Virus record (IMG/VR): IMGVR_UViG_3300004816_000007
Location: 1-57,564 of that record
Direction: 5' to 3' (one strand)
Length of the DNA stretch: 57,564 nucleotides
Source of the DNA: a virus
Taxonomy: Duplodnaviria; Caudoviricetes
A model generated the notes under the pieces. That model did no database searches and was not told the DNA's origin. It was given only the letters and a program-made list of their open reading frames with translations. Shown piece by piece: positions 9,467-18,999 of the stretch. Each line of letters opens with the position of its first letter. Position 1 is the first letter of the stretch. Made by a program: the position numbers and the translations under genes.

Positions 9467-9651
9467 TGTCCGAGATGCGCATTAGGACGGCGGGATGCAT
9501 AAGAGTTCAGAACACAGTGATAAAGACTGTGTTTGGAATGAAGATGCACCCACCGTGGTTTCCTGCGCCCAATTTTGGACAAGTGGAGTCTGTGGTCATC
9601 TTCGCCACAGGCTCTTTTTGTATTCCGCCGTCAATGCCAGGACGGAAAGGA
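9467..9651 (+). ncRNA. Structured cis-regulatory leader RNA (attenuator-like) upstream of the sigma-like gene
   Basis: GC-rich island with nested stems 9467-9581, terminator hairpin 9586-9619 and alternative pairing 9479-9505/9612-9637. Confidence 0.6.
9586..9624 (+). terminator. Intrinsic terminator within the leader
   Basis: GAGTCTGTGG/CCACAGGCTC stem followed by TTTTTGTATT. Confidence 0.65.
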
Positions 9652-9658
9652 ATACTTA

Positions 9659-10207
9659 ATGAAGATTCGAGTTTTATATGAAGACAACATCAAAAACGGT
9701 CACAAGTTCTACACCACAATTGAAATTCCAGATGATGACTACAGCGTCATGCTGGATATCGATTATGAGCAGCGTCTTGCGGAGGCAAAGCCTGAAAAGA
9801 AAGCAGGAGTAAAGCGCTGTGAAACGGTGCAGGAAATGTTCGATATGATGAACAAAAAGGAATACAACCACTGGCGTAGGTATCATAGACATCTAGGCAA
9901 TCCAAAGACTTTTTATCGCAAGGATGATGAATCTGAGGATGAAACTGATGTAATGGATACCATTGCAGACGATACACAAGAAATTGAACGTAATCACCAA
10001 TATGAATATGAGGATGTGTGTCAAAAGGTGCGTTCTGCTCTTGGTAAAAAACAGGAATGGGCAGACATCTTTATTGCAGTAAGAATCGATGGGACTCCCA
10101 TAAGAGAATATGCCAAGAGATTAGGTGTAAATGAAAACAACATTACAAAAAAACTAAAACGCGCAGAGAAAAAATTAAAAGAAATTTTCGAAAAACGTCA
10201 GATTTGA
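9659..10207 (+). CDS. Phage sigma70 region-4-like transcription factor
   Basis: C-terminal HTH DGTPIREYAKRLGVNENNITKKLKRAEKKLK; SD GAAAGGA before ATG 9659. Confidence 0.75.
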   Translation: MKIRVLYEDNIKNGHKFYTTIEIPDDDYSVMLDIDYEQRLAEAKPEKKAGVKRCETVQEMFDMMNKKEYNHWRRYHRHLGNPKTFYRKDDESEDETDVMDTIADDTQEIERNHQYEYEDVCQKVRSALGKKQEWADIFIAVRIDGTPIREYAKRLGVNENNITKKLKRAEKKLKEIFEKRQI

Positions 10208-10236
10208 CCTTCTCTCAAGGCTACTAGGTAGGAGGT
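10191..10236 (+). promoter_or_regulatory. Bipartite repeated motif, copy 1
   Basis: AAAAACGTCAGATTT-N13-GGCTACTAGGTAGGAGGT. Confidence 0.7.
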
Positions 10237-10272
10237 CAAGCCTCCAAATAAAAATTTAAGGAGGTAATTCTG

Positions 10273-10941
10273 ATGAGAGAATTAATACCTAAAGACAAAT
10301 ATGGTGTGTTTGCCGACAGAAAGGATACTGCAAGAGTAGACAGCTTATATGTGGCAGAGTTCTTTGAAAAACAACACAAACATGTTCTGCGAGATATTGC
10401 AAGAATCACTGAACCCAAATCTGGGCTGAGTGAAGATTTTATTCATTCTAATTTTAAATCTGATTTTTATAAGGATAGTACAGGTAGAAAGCTACCCTGT
10501 TATTTTATGACTCGTGATGGCTTTACAATGCTGGTGATGGGATATACAGGGCAAAAAGCAATGAAATTTAAAGAACTTTATATTCGTAGATTCAATGAAA
10601 TGGAGAGCTTCATTAAAACCCTTGTTTCTGCAAGACAAGAATTTCCATTGTTAACCGCAAACATAAAGCTACTGCATGAAAATCCTAAACCCTATCACTT
10701 CAGTAATGAATGCAATATGTTAAATCGCATCGTTATCGGAATGACGGCAAAGCAGTTTAGGTTAGCAAATGGGATAGAAAAAGGTAAAAGTATCCGCCCT
10801 TATCTATCCGATGAGCAGATTACAATGCTAGATACATTACAAAAAGTGGATGTAGGCTTATTAGTAGCTATTCCAGATTACGGGCAGCGTAAGCGTTATT
10901 TGGAATGGTACAAGTTGAAAATGGAAGAAAACAAAAATTAA
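10273..10941 (+). CDS. Rha family phage regulatory protein
   Basis: VDSLYVAEFFEKQHKHVLRDI, Y.MTRDGFTMLVMGYTG.KAMKFKE.YI..FNEME. Confidence 0.9.
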   Translation: MRELIPKDKYGVFADRKDTARVDSLYVAEFFEKQHKHVLRDIARITEPKSGLSEDFIHSNFKSDFYKDSTGRKLPCYFMTRDGFTMLVMGYTGQKAMKFKELYIRRFNEMESFIKTLVSARQEFPLLTANIKLLHENPKPYHFSNECNMLNRIVIGMTAKQFRLANGIEKGKSIRPYLSDEQITMLDTLQKVDVGLLVAIPDYGQRKRYLEWYKLKMEENKN

Positions 10942-10955
10942 GGAGGGGTTTTACT

Positions 10956-11177
10956 ATGTTTTATGTGAAGGAAAGATTGAATGATTCTATGGAGATATCC
11001 ATTGAAATAACTGATGAGAATGTTTTTTGTCACTGCCCAATGTGTGGTGCTGAAGTAATGGTTGATATTGGAGAAATCTTAGGTGATGGTGAAAGTGATT
11101 TATTTGGTACTGCAATATATTGTAGCGAATGTAGTAAAAAGATTAGAGATGAGGGTAGTTATGATGAACATAAATAA
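10956..11177 (+). CDS. Small zinc-ribbon phage protein
   Basis: CPMCG...CSECS; SD AAGGAGG before ATG 10956. Confidence 0.7.
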   Translation: MFYVKERLNDSMEISIEITDENVFCHCPMCGAEVMVDIGEILGDGESDLFGTAIYCSECSKKIRDEGSYDEHK

Positions 11178-11598
11178 ATTTAATGCTGAAAGATATCACG
11201 ATCCTACTCCCTATGAAGCAATAACCAATATTGTAAAGGAAGAGAAAGCAGCGTTAAAACCTGCTTTCCGTCCATTGGTGTACATTTGCTCCCCTTTTAG
11301 TGGTAATACCAAATACAACATCAAACGAGCACAGGAGTTTTGCCGTTTTGCATTAGAGAATGGAAATATTCCTCTAGCACCTCATCTCATGTTTCCACAA
11401 TTTATGAATGATGCTAATCCGAAAGAACGTGACCTTACCATTTTCATGGATATTATCCTTATGGGTAAATGTCAGGAAGTATGGGTACTTGGTGATGTCA
11501 TATCTAATGGTATGAGCATCGAAATTAATAAAGCAAAAAGTCGCAAACAAAAGGTCAGATATTTTAATAGCGAGTTTGAGGAGGTAGATACGTTATGA
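11161..11598 (+). CDS. DUF4406/nucleoside deoxyribosyltransferase-like phage protein
   Basis: VYICSPFSG, P.APHL.FPQF, C.EVWV.G..IS.GM..EI..A. Confidence 0.75.
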   Translation: MMNINKFNAERYHDPTPYEAITNIVKEEKAALKPAFRPLVYICSPFSGNTKYNIKRAQEFCRFALENGNIPLAPHLMFPQFMNDANPKERDLTIFMDIILMGKCQEVWVLGDVISNGMSIEINKAKSRKQKVRYFNSEFEEVDTL

Positions 11599-13952
11599 AA
11601 ATAGCATATGGTAACAGCCGATTGGATAAGAAATGGAAGAACAGTGATGTTACCTGGAAAGAGTTCTGTAATCGAGTCAAAACAACGCAACGTACTACTG
11701 AAACTCAAGAAGAATATCGCAAGATGAAAAAGGGCGGACAGGATTCCATTAAGGATGTTGGTGGCTTTGTCGGTGGTCATTTAAAAAATGGAAGAAGAAA
11801 GAAAGGCAATGTATTATCACGATCTATGCTTACACTTGACATGGATTATGGAACACCCGATATATGGGATAAAATTTTTACTTTATTTCCATATCAAAGT
11901 TGTATTTATTCAACACATAAACACACACCGAAAAGTCCAAGATTACGTCTTATTATTCCTCTTTTAAGAGATGTTGGTGAAGAGGAGTATGCTGCAGTTA
12001 GCAGAATGGTTGCAAAAGAAATCGGGATAGATCTTTTCGACGATACAACCTACGAACCGGAAAGATTGATGTATTGGCCGTCCACCTCTAGGAACGGTGA
12101 GTTTGTATATAAGGAAAAAGATGGGGCATTGCTTGATCCAGATATATTTTTAGATAAATACGATGATTGGCATGATACAACAACTTGGCCAGTATCAAGC
12201 AGGCAATCTGAAGTAATAAATCGCTCATTAAAAGAACAAGCTGACCCACTTTCTAAAGAAGGGATTGTCGGTACATTTTGCCGTACTTATTCCGTGAGAG
12301 CAGCAATTGATAAATTTCTCAAAGATGTATATGAACCTTCTGTTATTTCAGGCAGATATGATTATGTGCCTGCTGATTCAAGTGCTGGTGTCATTATCTA
12401 TGATGATAAGTTCGCATATTCCCATCATGCGACAGATCCTGTAAGTGGTAGGTTATTAAATACTTTTGACCTTGTTCGTATCCATAAATTTGGCAATCTT
12501 GATGATAGAGTAGCACAAACAACATCCCCCAGCAAACTTCCATCATATGTAGCTATGTGTGAGTTTGCCATTAAAGATGAAGAAGTAAAGGTACAGTTTG
12601 CAAAAGAGCGTATGGAACAAGCTGTAGTTGAGTTTGCACAAAGTGATTGGCAGACAGCACTTGAACTAGATAAGCAAGGAAAAATCAAAGAAACTCTTGA
12701 TAATATTGTTCTTATTCTTCGAAATGATTCGGAACTGCAGTCCATTGCTTTTAATAAGCACCGTGATGGCATTGACGCAAAAAATGGACTACCTTGGGTA
12801 CAGATGAAGGATGGTTGGAACGATTCCGATAATGCAGCATTGAAAGTGTATCTTTCTAATAAATATGGAATTTATTCACCTACAAAAACAAAGGATGCAA
12901 TACTTGCTGTGGCAGCAGAACGTGCCTATCACCCTATAAAAGAGTATCTCGACAACCTACCGCAATGGGATGGTGTGAGAAGAGTTGAAACTTTGCTTGT
13001 CGATTATTTTGGAGCAACGGATAATTCCTATACAAGAGCAGTTACAAGAAAGATGATGGTTGCAGCGGTAACCCGTATTTATCATCCAGGTACAAAGTTT
13101 GACAGTGTACTTATACTTAACGGCCCACAAGGAATTGGTAAGTCCACATTCTTTGCAAAGCTTGCTGGGGATTGGTTTTCTGATAGCTTAACTCTTACGG
13201 ATATGAAAGATAAATCTGGTGCTGAAAAGCTGCAGGGATATTGGATTTTGGAACTAGGAGAACTTAATGGCATGCGAAAAACCGATGTAGAAACGGTAAA
13301 ATCCTTTATTACCCGTGTGGATGATAAGTACCGCGCATCGTATGGGATTAATGTGGAAAGTCATCCCAGACAGTGTATTATTGTAGGCTCAACCAATGCT
13401 GAAAGCGGTTTTTTGCGGGATATAACAGGCAACCGTAGATTTTGGCCTGTACCAATACAAGGTGGGTCAAAAAAGAAATCTTGGCAAATGTCTATATATG
13501 ATGTGGAGCAGATATGGGCAGAAACTTTACTTATGTATGCAAAAGGAGAAAAACTCTATCTTGAAGGTCAAGAGGCTAATATTGCAACACTTGAACAGGC
13601 AGATGCAATGGAATCAGATGAACGTGAAGGATTGGTTCGCAGTTACCTTGATGTCTTTCTACCTAAGGATTGGGACAATATGTCTTTATTCGAACGTCGT
13701 AATTTTCTAAACGGTAGTGAATTTGGAGGGGATAACCATGAAGGTACAGTTAAGCGCACTCTTGTCTGTAATATGGAAATATGGTGTGAATGTTTTGGAA
13801 AAGAGGCATCTGCATTAAAACCTGCTGATTCATATGCTATTGCTGCCATTATGCGTAAGCTCTCCGATTGGAACAAGTACAAAGGGAACAAGAACGGAAC
13901 AATGATGTTCCCAATATACGGTAAGCAGCGTTGTTACTCTCGAAATGAGTAA
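11595..13952 (+). CDS. VapE/VirE-family primase-helicase (replication protein)
   Basis: N-terminal primase-like LTLDMD / STHKH..PRLR; SF3-type ATPase GPQGIGKST, ELGEL, GSTN, GNRRFWP. Confidence 0.9.
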   Translation: MKIAYGNSRLDKKWKNSDVTWKEFCNRVKTTQRTTETQEEYRKMKKGGQDSIKDVGGFVGGHLKNGRRKKGNVLSRSMLTLDMDYGTPDIWDKIFTLFPYQSCIYSTHKHTPKSPRLRLIIPLLRDVGEEEYAAVSRMVAKEIGIDLFDDTTYEPERLMYWPSTSRNGEFVYKEKDGALLDPDIFLDKYDDWHDTTTWPVSSRQSEVINRSLKEQADPLSKEGIVGTFCRTYSVRAAIDKFLKDVYEPSVISGRYDYVPADSSAGVIIYDDKFAYSHHATDPVSGRLLNTFDLVRIHKFGNLDDRVAQTTSPSKLPSYVAMCEFAIKDEEVKVQFAKERMEQAVVEFAQSDWQTALELDKQGKIKETLDNIVLILRNDSELQSIAFNKHRDGIDAKNGLPWVQMKDGWNDSDNAALKVYLSNKYGIYSPTKTKDAILAVAAERAYHPIKEYLDNLPQWDGVRRVETLLVDYFGATDNSYTRAVTRKMMVAAVTRIYHPGTKFDSVLILNGPQGIGKSTFFAKLAGDWFSDSLTLTDMKDKSGAEKLQGYWILELGELNGMRKTDVETVKSFITRVDDKYRASYGINVESHPRQCIIVGSTNAESGFLRDITGNRRFWPVPIQGGSKKKSWQMSIYDVEQIWAETLLMYAKGEKLYLEGQEANIATLEQADAMESDEREGLVRSYLDVFLPKDWDNMSLFERRNFLNGSEFGGDNHEGTVKRTLVCNMEIWCECFGKEASALKPADSYAIAAIMRKLSDWNKYKGNKNGTMMFPIYGKQRCYSRNE

Positions 13953-14153
13953 CGGTAGTTCACTTGTTCTTAGGTTGTTTCCGATGTTGTTTTCTTAAAA
14001 ACATAGGAAATATCGATACTTTGGCTTTTGAGGAATAACAGGAACAAGAATTTACATACTTAACAATTAATTAAAAATAAAAGGTAAGTAGCGTGTGCAT
14101 ATGTATGTGTGCGCGCGTATAGGAAAATCGTCCAAAGTTGTACCTGTTGTTCC
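13870..14153. repeat. GGAACAA(G) direct/inverted iteron-like repeats, candidate replication origin
   Basis: GGAACAAG 13870, 13885, 14041; GGAACAA 13896; CTTGTTC 13963; GTTGTTCC 14146; AT-rich stretch ~14055-14082. Confidence 0.5.
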
Positions 14154-14176
14154 TTATGCCGGAAACGGAGGATTTT

Positions 14177-14458
14177 ATGCAAGAAAAATATATAGAAAGA
14201 AAGCTTGTAGCAGTAGTGAAAAAAATGGGAGGAATGGCACCCAAATTTGTAAGTCCTGGTTTAGATGGTGTGCCAGACAGAATTGTGCTATTACCTATGG
14301 GGAAAATTGCTTTTGTTGAATTAAAGGCCCCTGGTAAAAAAATGAGGGCTTTACAAGTAAGACAAAAAGATAAGTTGGAATCACTTGGCTTTTCAGTTTA
14401 CTGCATTGATAGAATTGAGCAGATTGGAGGGATACTCAATGAAATACAATCCACATAA
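14177..14458 (+). CDS. VRR-NUC domain nuclease
   Basis: EK.IE..L, GVPDRIVL, FVELKAPG, LQ; SD GGAGG. Confidence 0.9.
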   Translation: MQEKYIERKLVAVVKKMGGMAPKFVSPGLDGVPDRIVLLPMGKIAFVELKAPGKKMRALQVRQKDKLESLGFSVYCIDRIEQIGGILNEIQST

Positions 14459-15791
14459 ATATCAAAATTATGCAACAGACTTTATTTTAAAGCACCCCGT
14501 ATCTGCGGTATTTCTTGAAATGGGTCTTGGTAAAAGTATAATTACTTTAACTGCTATATTTGAACTCTGCATGGACAGCTTCCTTGTTAGAAAAGTTCTA
14601 GTGATTGCGCCTCTTCGTGTGGCGAGAGATACATGGCCTGAGGAAATAGAGAAATGGGATCATTTAAAAGGACTTTCCTATTCTGTGGCAGTGGGTAGTG
14701 AAAAAAATAGAATAAATGCTCTTATGAAAAGAGCAACGGTTTATATCATTAATCGTGAAAATGTAGATTGGCTTGTAAATAAGAGTGGTATTCCTTTTGA
14801 TTTTGATATGGTTGTTATTGATGAGCTGTCATCATTTAAATCCTATGGTGCCAAGCGGTTCAAAAGTCTTTTGAAAGTTAGACCCAAAGCAAAAAGGATT
14901 GTTGGTCTAACAGGTACTCCTTCAAGTAATGGACTTATGGATTTATGGGCAGAGTTTCGGATCCTTGATTTGGGTCAAAGACTTGGAAGGTATATCACCC
15001 ACTACCGTAATACCTTCTTTTGCCCAGACAAACGGAATGCTCAAATGATTTTTTCATATAAACCACTTCCAGGTGCTGAGGAGAAGATTTATAAGCAGAT
15101 ATCAGATATTACTATCTCCATGAAATCCTGTGATTATCTGAAAATGCCAGAATGCGTGATAAACAAAGTCTTTGCTTATCTTGATGATAAAGAATGGTCG
15201 ATATATTCGGATTTTAGAGATGATATGGTGGCAAAACTGGGGGATGATGAAATTGATGCAGCTAATTCTGCGGTTCTTTCAGGGAAACTCCTCCAGATGG
15301 CAAATGGTGCTGTCTATGATGAAGAAAATAGAACACATCATATTCATAACCGTAAACTTGATATTCTTGAAGATTTAATTGAAGGTGCTAATGGTAAGCC
15401 TGTACTTATCGCCTATTGGTATAAGCATGACTTTGAACGAATAAATAAAAGGTTTAATGTAAGACAGATAAAAACATCAAAAGATATTAAGGATTGGAAT
15501 GAAGGTAAAATTCCAATTGCTGTAATTCATCCTTCATCTGCAGGACATGGTCTAAACCTTCAAAAAGGAGGTTCAACGCTTATATGGTTTGGTCTTACTT
15601 GGTCTTTAGAACTCTACAGCCAAACAAATGCAAGGCTTTACAGGCAAGGGCAAAAAGATACGGTTGTCATCCACCATATAATTACAAAAGATACAATTGA
15701 TGAAGATGTAATGAAAGCACTTATCAGAAAAGAAAACTCCCAAGCCGCTTTAATTAAAGCTGTAAAAGCAAAGTTGGAGGTGGTGCGATGA
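14439..15791 (+). CDS. SNF2-family helicase
   Basis: EMGLGKS, VIDELS, LTGTP, SAGHGLNLQ, QTNARLYRQGQ. Confidence 0.9.
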   Translation: MKYNPHKYQNYATDFILKHPVSAVFLEMGLGKSIITLTAIFELCMDSFLVRKVLVIAPLRVARDTWPEEIEKWDHLKGLSYSVAVGSEKNRINALMKRATVYIINRENVDWLVNKSGIPFDFDMVVIDELSSFKSYGAKRFKSLLKVRPKAKRIVGLTGTPSSNGLMDLWAEFRILDLGQRLGRYITHYRNTFFCPDKRNAQMIFSYKPLPGAEEKIYKQISDITISMKSCDYLKMPECVINKVFAYLDDKEWSIYSDFRDDMVAKLGDDEIDAANSAVLSGKLLQMANGAVYDEENRTHHIHNRKLDILEDLIEGANGKPVLIAYWYKHDFERINKRFNVRQIKTSKDIKDWNEGKIPIAVIHPSSAGHGLNLQKGGSTLIWFGLTWSLELYSQTNARLYRQGQKDTVVIHHIITKDTIDEDVMKALIRKENSQAALIKAVKAKLEVVR

Positions 15792-16012
15792 TTGAACCGT
15801 ATGAACAACTTGCAAATGCTATTATATTGCAAGCTGTTAAAGATTATAGGGATGCATTAAAAAAAATTAAAAATTGTCCTCGTTATGAACCTGCAAAAGG
15901 TACCATAGCTGAAGTGGAGAGATTTTTCCACTCTGATTGTTATAGAGAACTTTCTTCTATTGATGGGGATTTTTTGATAACGAAACTAAGAATGGAGGTG
16001 TTTGGGGAATGA
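15788..16012 (+). CDS. Conserved phage hypothetical protein
   Basis: PYEQLANAIILQAVKDYR...EVERFF.S; coupled to neighbours. Confidence 0.75.
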   Translation: MIEPYEQLANAIILQAVKDYRDALKKIKNCPRYEPAKGTIAEVERFFHSDCYRELSSIDGDFLITKLRMEVFGE

Positions 16013-16434
16013 AAGCTAAAGAATATTTACATCAGGCTTACAGACTTGATCAAAGGATAAATTCAGACATTGAAGAAATAGAACGTTTAAGAGCGATGGC
16101 AACAAGTGTTTCTTCTCCAAACTGGGATGAGAAGGTTAGCCATTCCCCTAATACTAATGCTCCATTTGTGAGATGCCTTGAGCGGATAGTGGATTTAGAA
16201 AATAAAATCAATGCTGAGGTTGATCGCCTTGTGAATCTTAAAGAACAAGTCCGTGAAGTAATAGAAAAAGTGTCAAACACTGATGAGCAGATGGTTCTTC
16301 GTTATCGTTATATTCATAACCTCACTTGGGAACAGATTGGTGATGAACTAAATGCTGATAAGAGTACAGTCAGAAGATGGCATGGGAATGCATTAAACCA
16401 TGTAGTGTTACCAGAAAAACCAATAACAATTTAA
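16009..16434 (+). CDS. DUF1492/ArpU-like late transcriptional regulator
   Basis: MKAKEYL.QAY..., VLRYRYI...TWEQI...L....TVRRWH..AL. Confidence 0.8.
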   Translation: MKAKEYLHQAYRLDQRINSDIEEIERLRAMATSVSSPNWDEKVSHSPNTNAPFVRCLERIVDLENKINAEVDRLVNLKEQVREVIEKVSNTDEQMVLRYRYIHNLTWEQIGDELNADKSTVRRWHGNALNHVVLPEKPITI

Positions 16435-16519
16435 AAGTTGCATCGAAATAAGCAGTTTTGAGCAGAGATAAGCACCTTACATTTATGATATAGTATAATC
16501 AGCAAAAAAGAATTGATAT

Positions 16520-16553
16520 AAGCCTTGTGGGAGAAATTCCTGCAAGGCTTTTT
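16520..16553 (+). terminator. Intrinsic terminator
   Basis: AAGCCTTGTGGGA/TCCTGCAAGGCTT stem plus T-run. Confidence 0.6.
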
Positions 16554-16579
16554 ATATGCTTGAAAAGGGAGGTGAAGAT

Positions 16580-16939
16580 GTGCCAAGAAAACCAAAACAT
16601 CCATGTAGCTATCCTGGATGCCCAAACCTAACAGACGGACAGTACTGTGAAATTCATAGGACACAAGAGCGAAGACGCTACGATAAGTATGAGCGTTCTA
16701 AAGATGTTAATAAAAAGTATGGAAGAGCCTGGAAAAGAATCCGTGACAGATATATTTCGCAACATCCTTTGTGTGAAATGTGTCAAAAAGACGGCAAACT
16801 AACTCCCGCAAAAGAAGTACATCATATTGTTCCTATCTCTCAAGGTGGTACACATGATAAAAGTAATTTAATGTCTCTTTGTAAATCTTGTCACAATAAG
16901 ATTCATTTTGAACTTGGTGATAGACAGATCCGTAAGTGA
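16580..16939 (+). CDS. Terminase-associated HNH endonuclease
   Basis: PLCEMC...EVHHIVP..GGTH..SNLMSLCKSCHNKIH; GTG start after GGAGGTG. Confidence 0.9.
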   Translation: MPRKPKHPCSYPGCPNLTDGQYCEIHRTQERRRYDKYERSKDVNKKYGRAWKRIRDRYISQHPLCEMCQKDGKLTPAKEVHHIVPISQGGTHDKSNLMSLCKSCHNKIHFELGDRQIRK

Positions 16940-17058
16940 CCTAGGGGGGATCTTGATCTCTACACCTTTTATGACGGGCAACGGCTTGGGGTCTTGCGTA
17001 CAAAAATCAGAAATCAAAGGGGGTATTAACCCTATCAAAGGAAGTGGGGTGTATAGGG

Positions 17059-17598
17059 GTGGCAAAGGACGGTACTGCAAGAGGTGGTCAGCGAGTTGGT
17101 TCAGGTAGAAAAAGCAAAGCATTAACAGACAAAATTGCTGACGGAAGATTAAAAGGCACAAGGGTACTTCCGGAGCCTACTGATATTGAAGGAGCAGATA
17201 TACCGCCTGTAAAAGATTATCTAAAGGCGGCTCAGAAAAATGGTAAAGACCTATGTGCTGAAGGAGTGTATAAAGATACATATCAATGGCTTAAGGAACG
17301 TGGCTGTGAAATGTTAGTAAACAACCAGCTTATCGAGCAATATGCCATGAGCGTTTCCCGTTGGATTCAATGTGAGGAATGTATCTCTGAATATGGATTT
17401 CTTGCCAAACATCCAACAACTGGAAATGCTATAGCATCTCCATATGTATCAATGAGTCAGACCTACATGAAACAGGTAAATCAGTGTTGGTATCAGATTT
17501 ATCAGATAGTGAAAGAAAACTGTAGCGTTGAGTATGGAGGAAATAGTCCACAAGACGATTTGATGGAGCGATTACTTACTGCGAGGAAAGGAAAATGA
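17059..17598 (+). CDS. Terminase small subunit (P27 family)
   Basis: RGG.R.GSGRK N-terminus, LIEQYA...RW..CE, IASPYV; follows HNH. Confidence 0.8.
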   Translation: MAKDGTARGGQRVGSGRKSKALTDKIADGRLKGTRVLPEPTDIEGADIPPVKDYLKAAQKNGKDLCAEGVYKDTYQWLKERGCEMLVNNQLIEQYAMSVSRWIQCEECISEYGFLAKHPTTGNAIASPYVSMSQTYMKQVNQCWYQIYQIVKENCSVEYGGNSPQDDLMERLLTARKGK

Positions 17599-17599
17599 T

Positions 17600-17758
17600 A
17601 TGAAAAAAGAATTAACACAATTTATGAAAACACTGGAAAACAATAAAAGCAATCTGACCTATCAGCAGTTTCGTACCATTAAGGGTCAGGCATTTGCGGG
17701 AGATATTGAAGGGGCAAGAAAAGGTTTATTCAAACTATTAGAAAGGCGGTGTGGGTAA
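17600..17758 (+). CDS. Small phage hypothetical protein (52 aa, below ORF-track cutoff)
   Basis: MKKELTQF...LTYQQFRTIKGQAFAGDIEGARKGL; SD upstream; TAATG overlap with next gene. Confidence 0.7.
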   Translation: MKKELTQFMKTLENNKSNLTYQQFRTIKGQAFAGDIEGARKGLFKLLERRCG

Positions 17759-18999
17759 TGAATATTGAAAAAAAGAATACAGTAGATTTACTTCCCGCTG
17801 ATTATAATCCTCGTAAGGATTTAAAACCAGGGGATGCTGAATATGAAAAGTTGAAACGTTCCATTGAACAATTTGGTTATGTTGAGCCTGTTATCTGGAA
17901 CAAGGCTACAGGACGTGTTGTTGGTGGACATCAAAGATTAAAGGTGCTCATGGATATGGGAATTACCGAGGTTGATTGCGTTGTTATTGAAATGTCAGAT
18001 GAAAAGGAAAAGGCTCTTAACATTGCTCTTAATAAAATAAGCGGTGATTGGGATAAAGATAAACTCGCCTTATTAATTTCTGATTTGCAAGGGACAGATT
18101 TTGATGTATCACTTACTGGGTTTGAACCCGAAGAATTGGATGACCTTTTTAAAGATACGCTAAAAGATGGTATCCATGATGATGACTTTGATGTCGATGA
18201 AGAGCTTAAGAAACCAACTATGTCAAAAACAGGAGATGTGTGGTTTTTAGGAAATCACCGTTTAGTTTGCGGTGATTCTACCAAAGCAGAAACTTATGAT
18301 TTGCTTATGGGTAAGAAAAAAGCAAATTTGGTTATAACAGACCCTCCGTACAATGTAAATTACGAAGGTAGTGCAGGTAAGATTAAAAATGACAACATGG
18401 AAAATGATACGTTTTATCAATTCCTTTTTGATGCTTTTACTAATATGGAAAAGGTCATGGCAGAAGATGCAAGCATTTATGTGTTTCATGCAGATACAGA
18501 GGGGCTAAATTTCCGCAAAGCATTTGCTAATGCCGGATTTTATTTATCTGGTACTTGTATTTGGAAAAAGCAAAGCTTAGTGCTTGGACGTTCTCCTTAC
18601 CAATGGCAGCATGAACCAGTACTGTTTGGATGGAAGAAAAAAGGAAAACATCAGTGGTACACAGGCAGAAAAGAATCCACAATCTGGGAATTTGATAAAC
18701 CAAAGAAAAATGCTGACCATCCTACCATGAAACCAATACCTCTGCTTGCTTATCCAATTATGAATTCCAGTATGAGTAACTGTATTGTACTAGATCCATT
18801 TGGAGGTTCAGGAAGTACACTAATTGCCTGTGAGCAGACTAACCGTATCTGCCATACTGTAGAACTTGATGAAAAATACTGCGATGTTATTGTAAAAAGA
18901 TATATTGAACAGGTCGGTTCTTTTGATAATGTAAAAGTGCAGAGAGAGGGTCTTACCTACTCCTACAAAGAAGTGGAGGTAAGCGATGAAACAAAATAA
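17758..18999 (+). CDS. ParB-like domain fused to N6/N4 amino-methyltransferase
   Basis: PADYNPR, VVGGHQR, TDPPYN, HPTMKP, VLDPFGGSGST. Confidence 0.9.
   Translation: MNIEKKNTVDLLPADYNPRKDLKPGDAEYEKLKRSIEQFGYVEPVIWNKATGRVVGGHQRLKVLMDMGITEVDCVVIEMSDEKEKALNIALNKISGDWDKDKLALLISDLQGTDFDVSLTGFEPEELDDLFKDTLKDGIHDDDFDVDEELKKPTMSKTGDVWFLGNHRLVCGDSTKAETYDLLMGKKKANLVITDPPYNVNYEGSAGKIKNDNMENDTFYQFLFDAFTNMEKVMAEDASIYVFHADTEGLNFRKAFANAGFYLSGTCIWKKQSLVLGRSPYQWQHEPVLFGWKKKGKHQWYTGRKESTIWEFDKPKKNADHPTMKPIPLLAYPIMNSSMSNCIVLDPFGGSGSTLIACEQTNRICHTVELDEKYCDVIVKRYIEQVGSFDNVKVQREGLTYSYKEVEVSDETK

Noticed and set aside
9466-9681. 71-aa ORF and the 9575 upstream extension of the sigma-like gene
   Set aside because: Both run across the structured GC-rich leader without a clear SD; ATG 9659 has a good SD. 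A leader-peptide role cannot be fully excluded.
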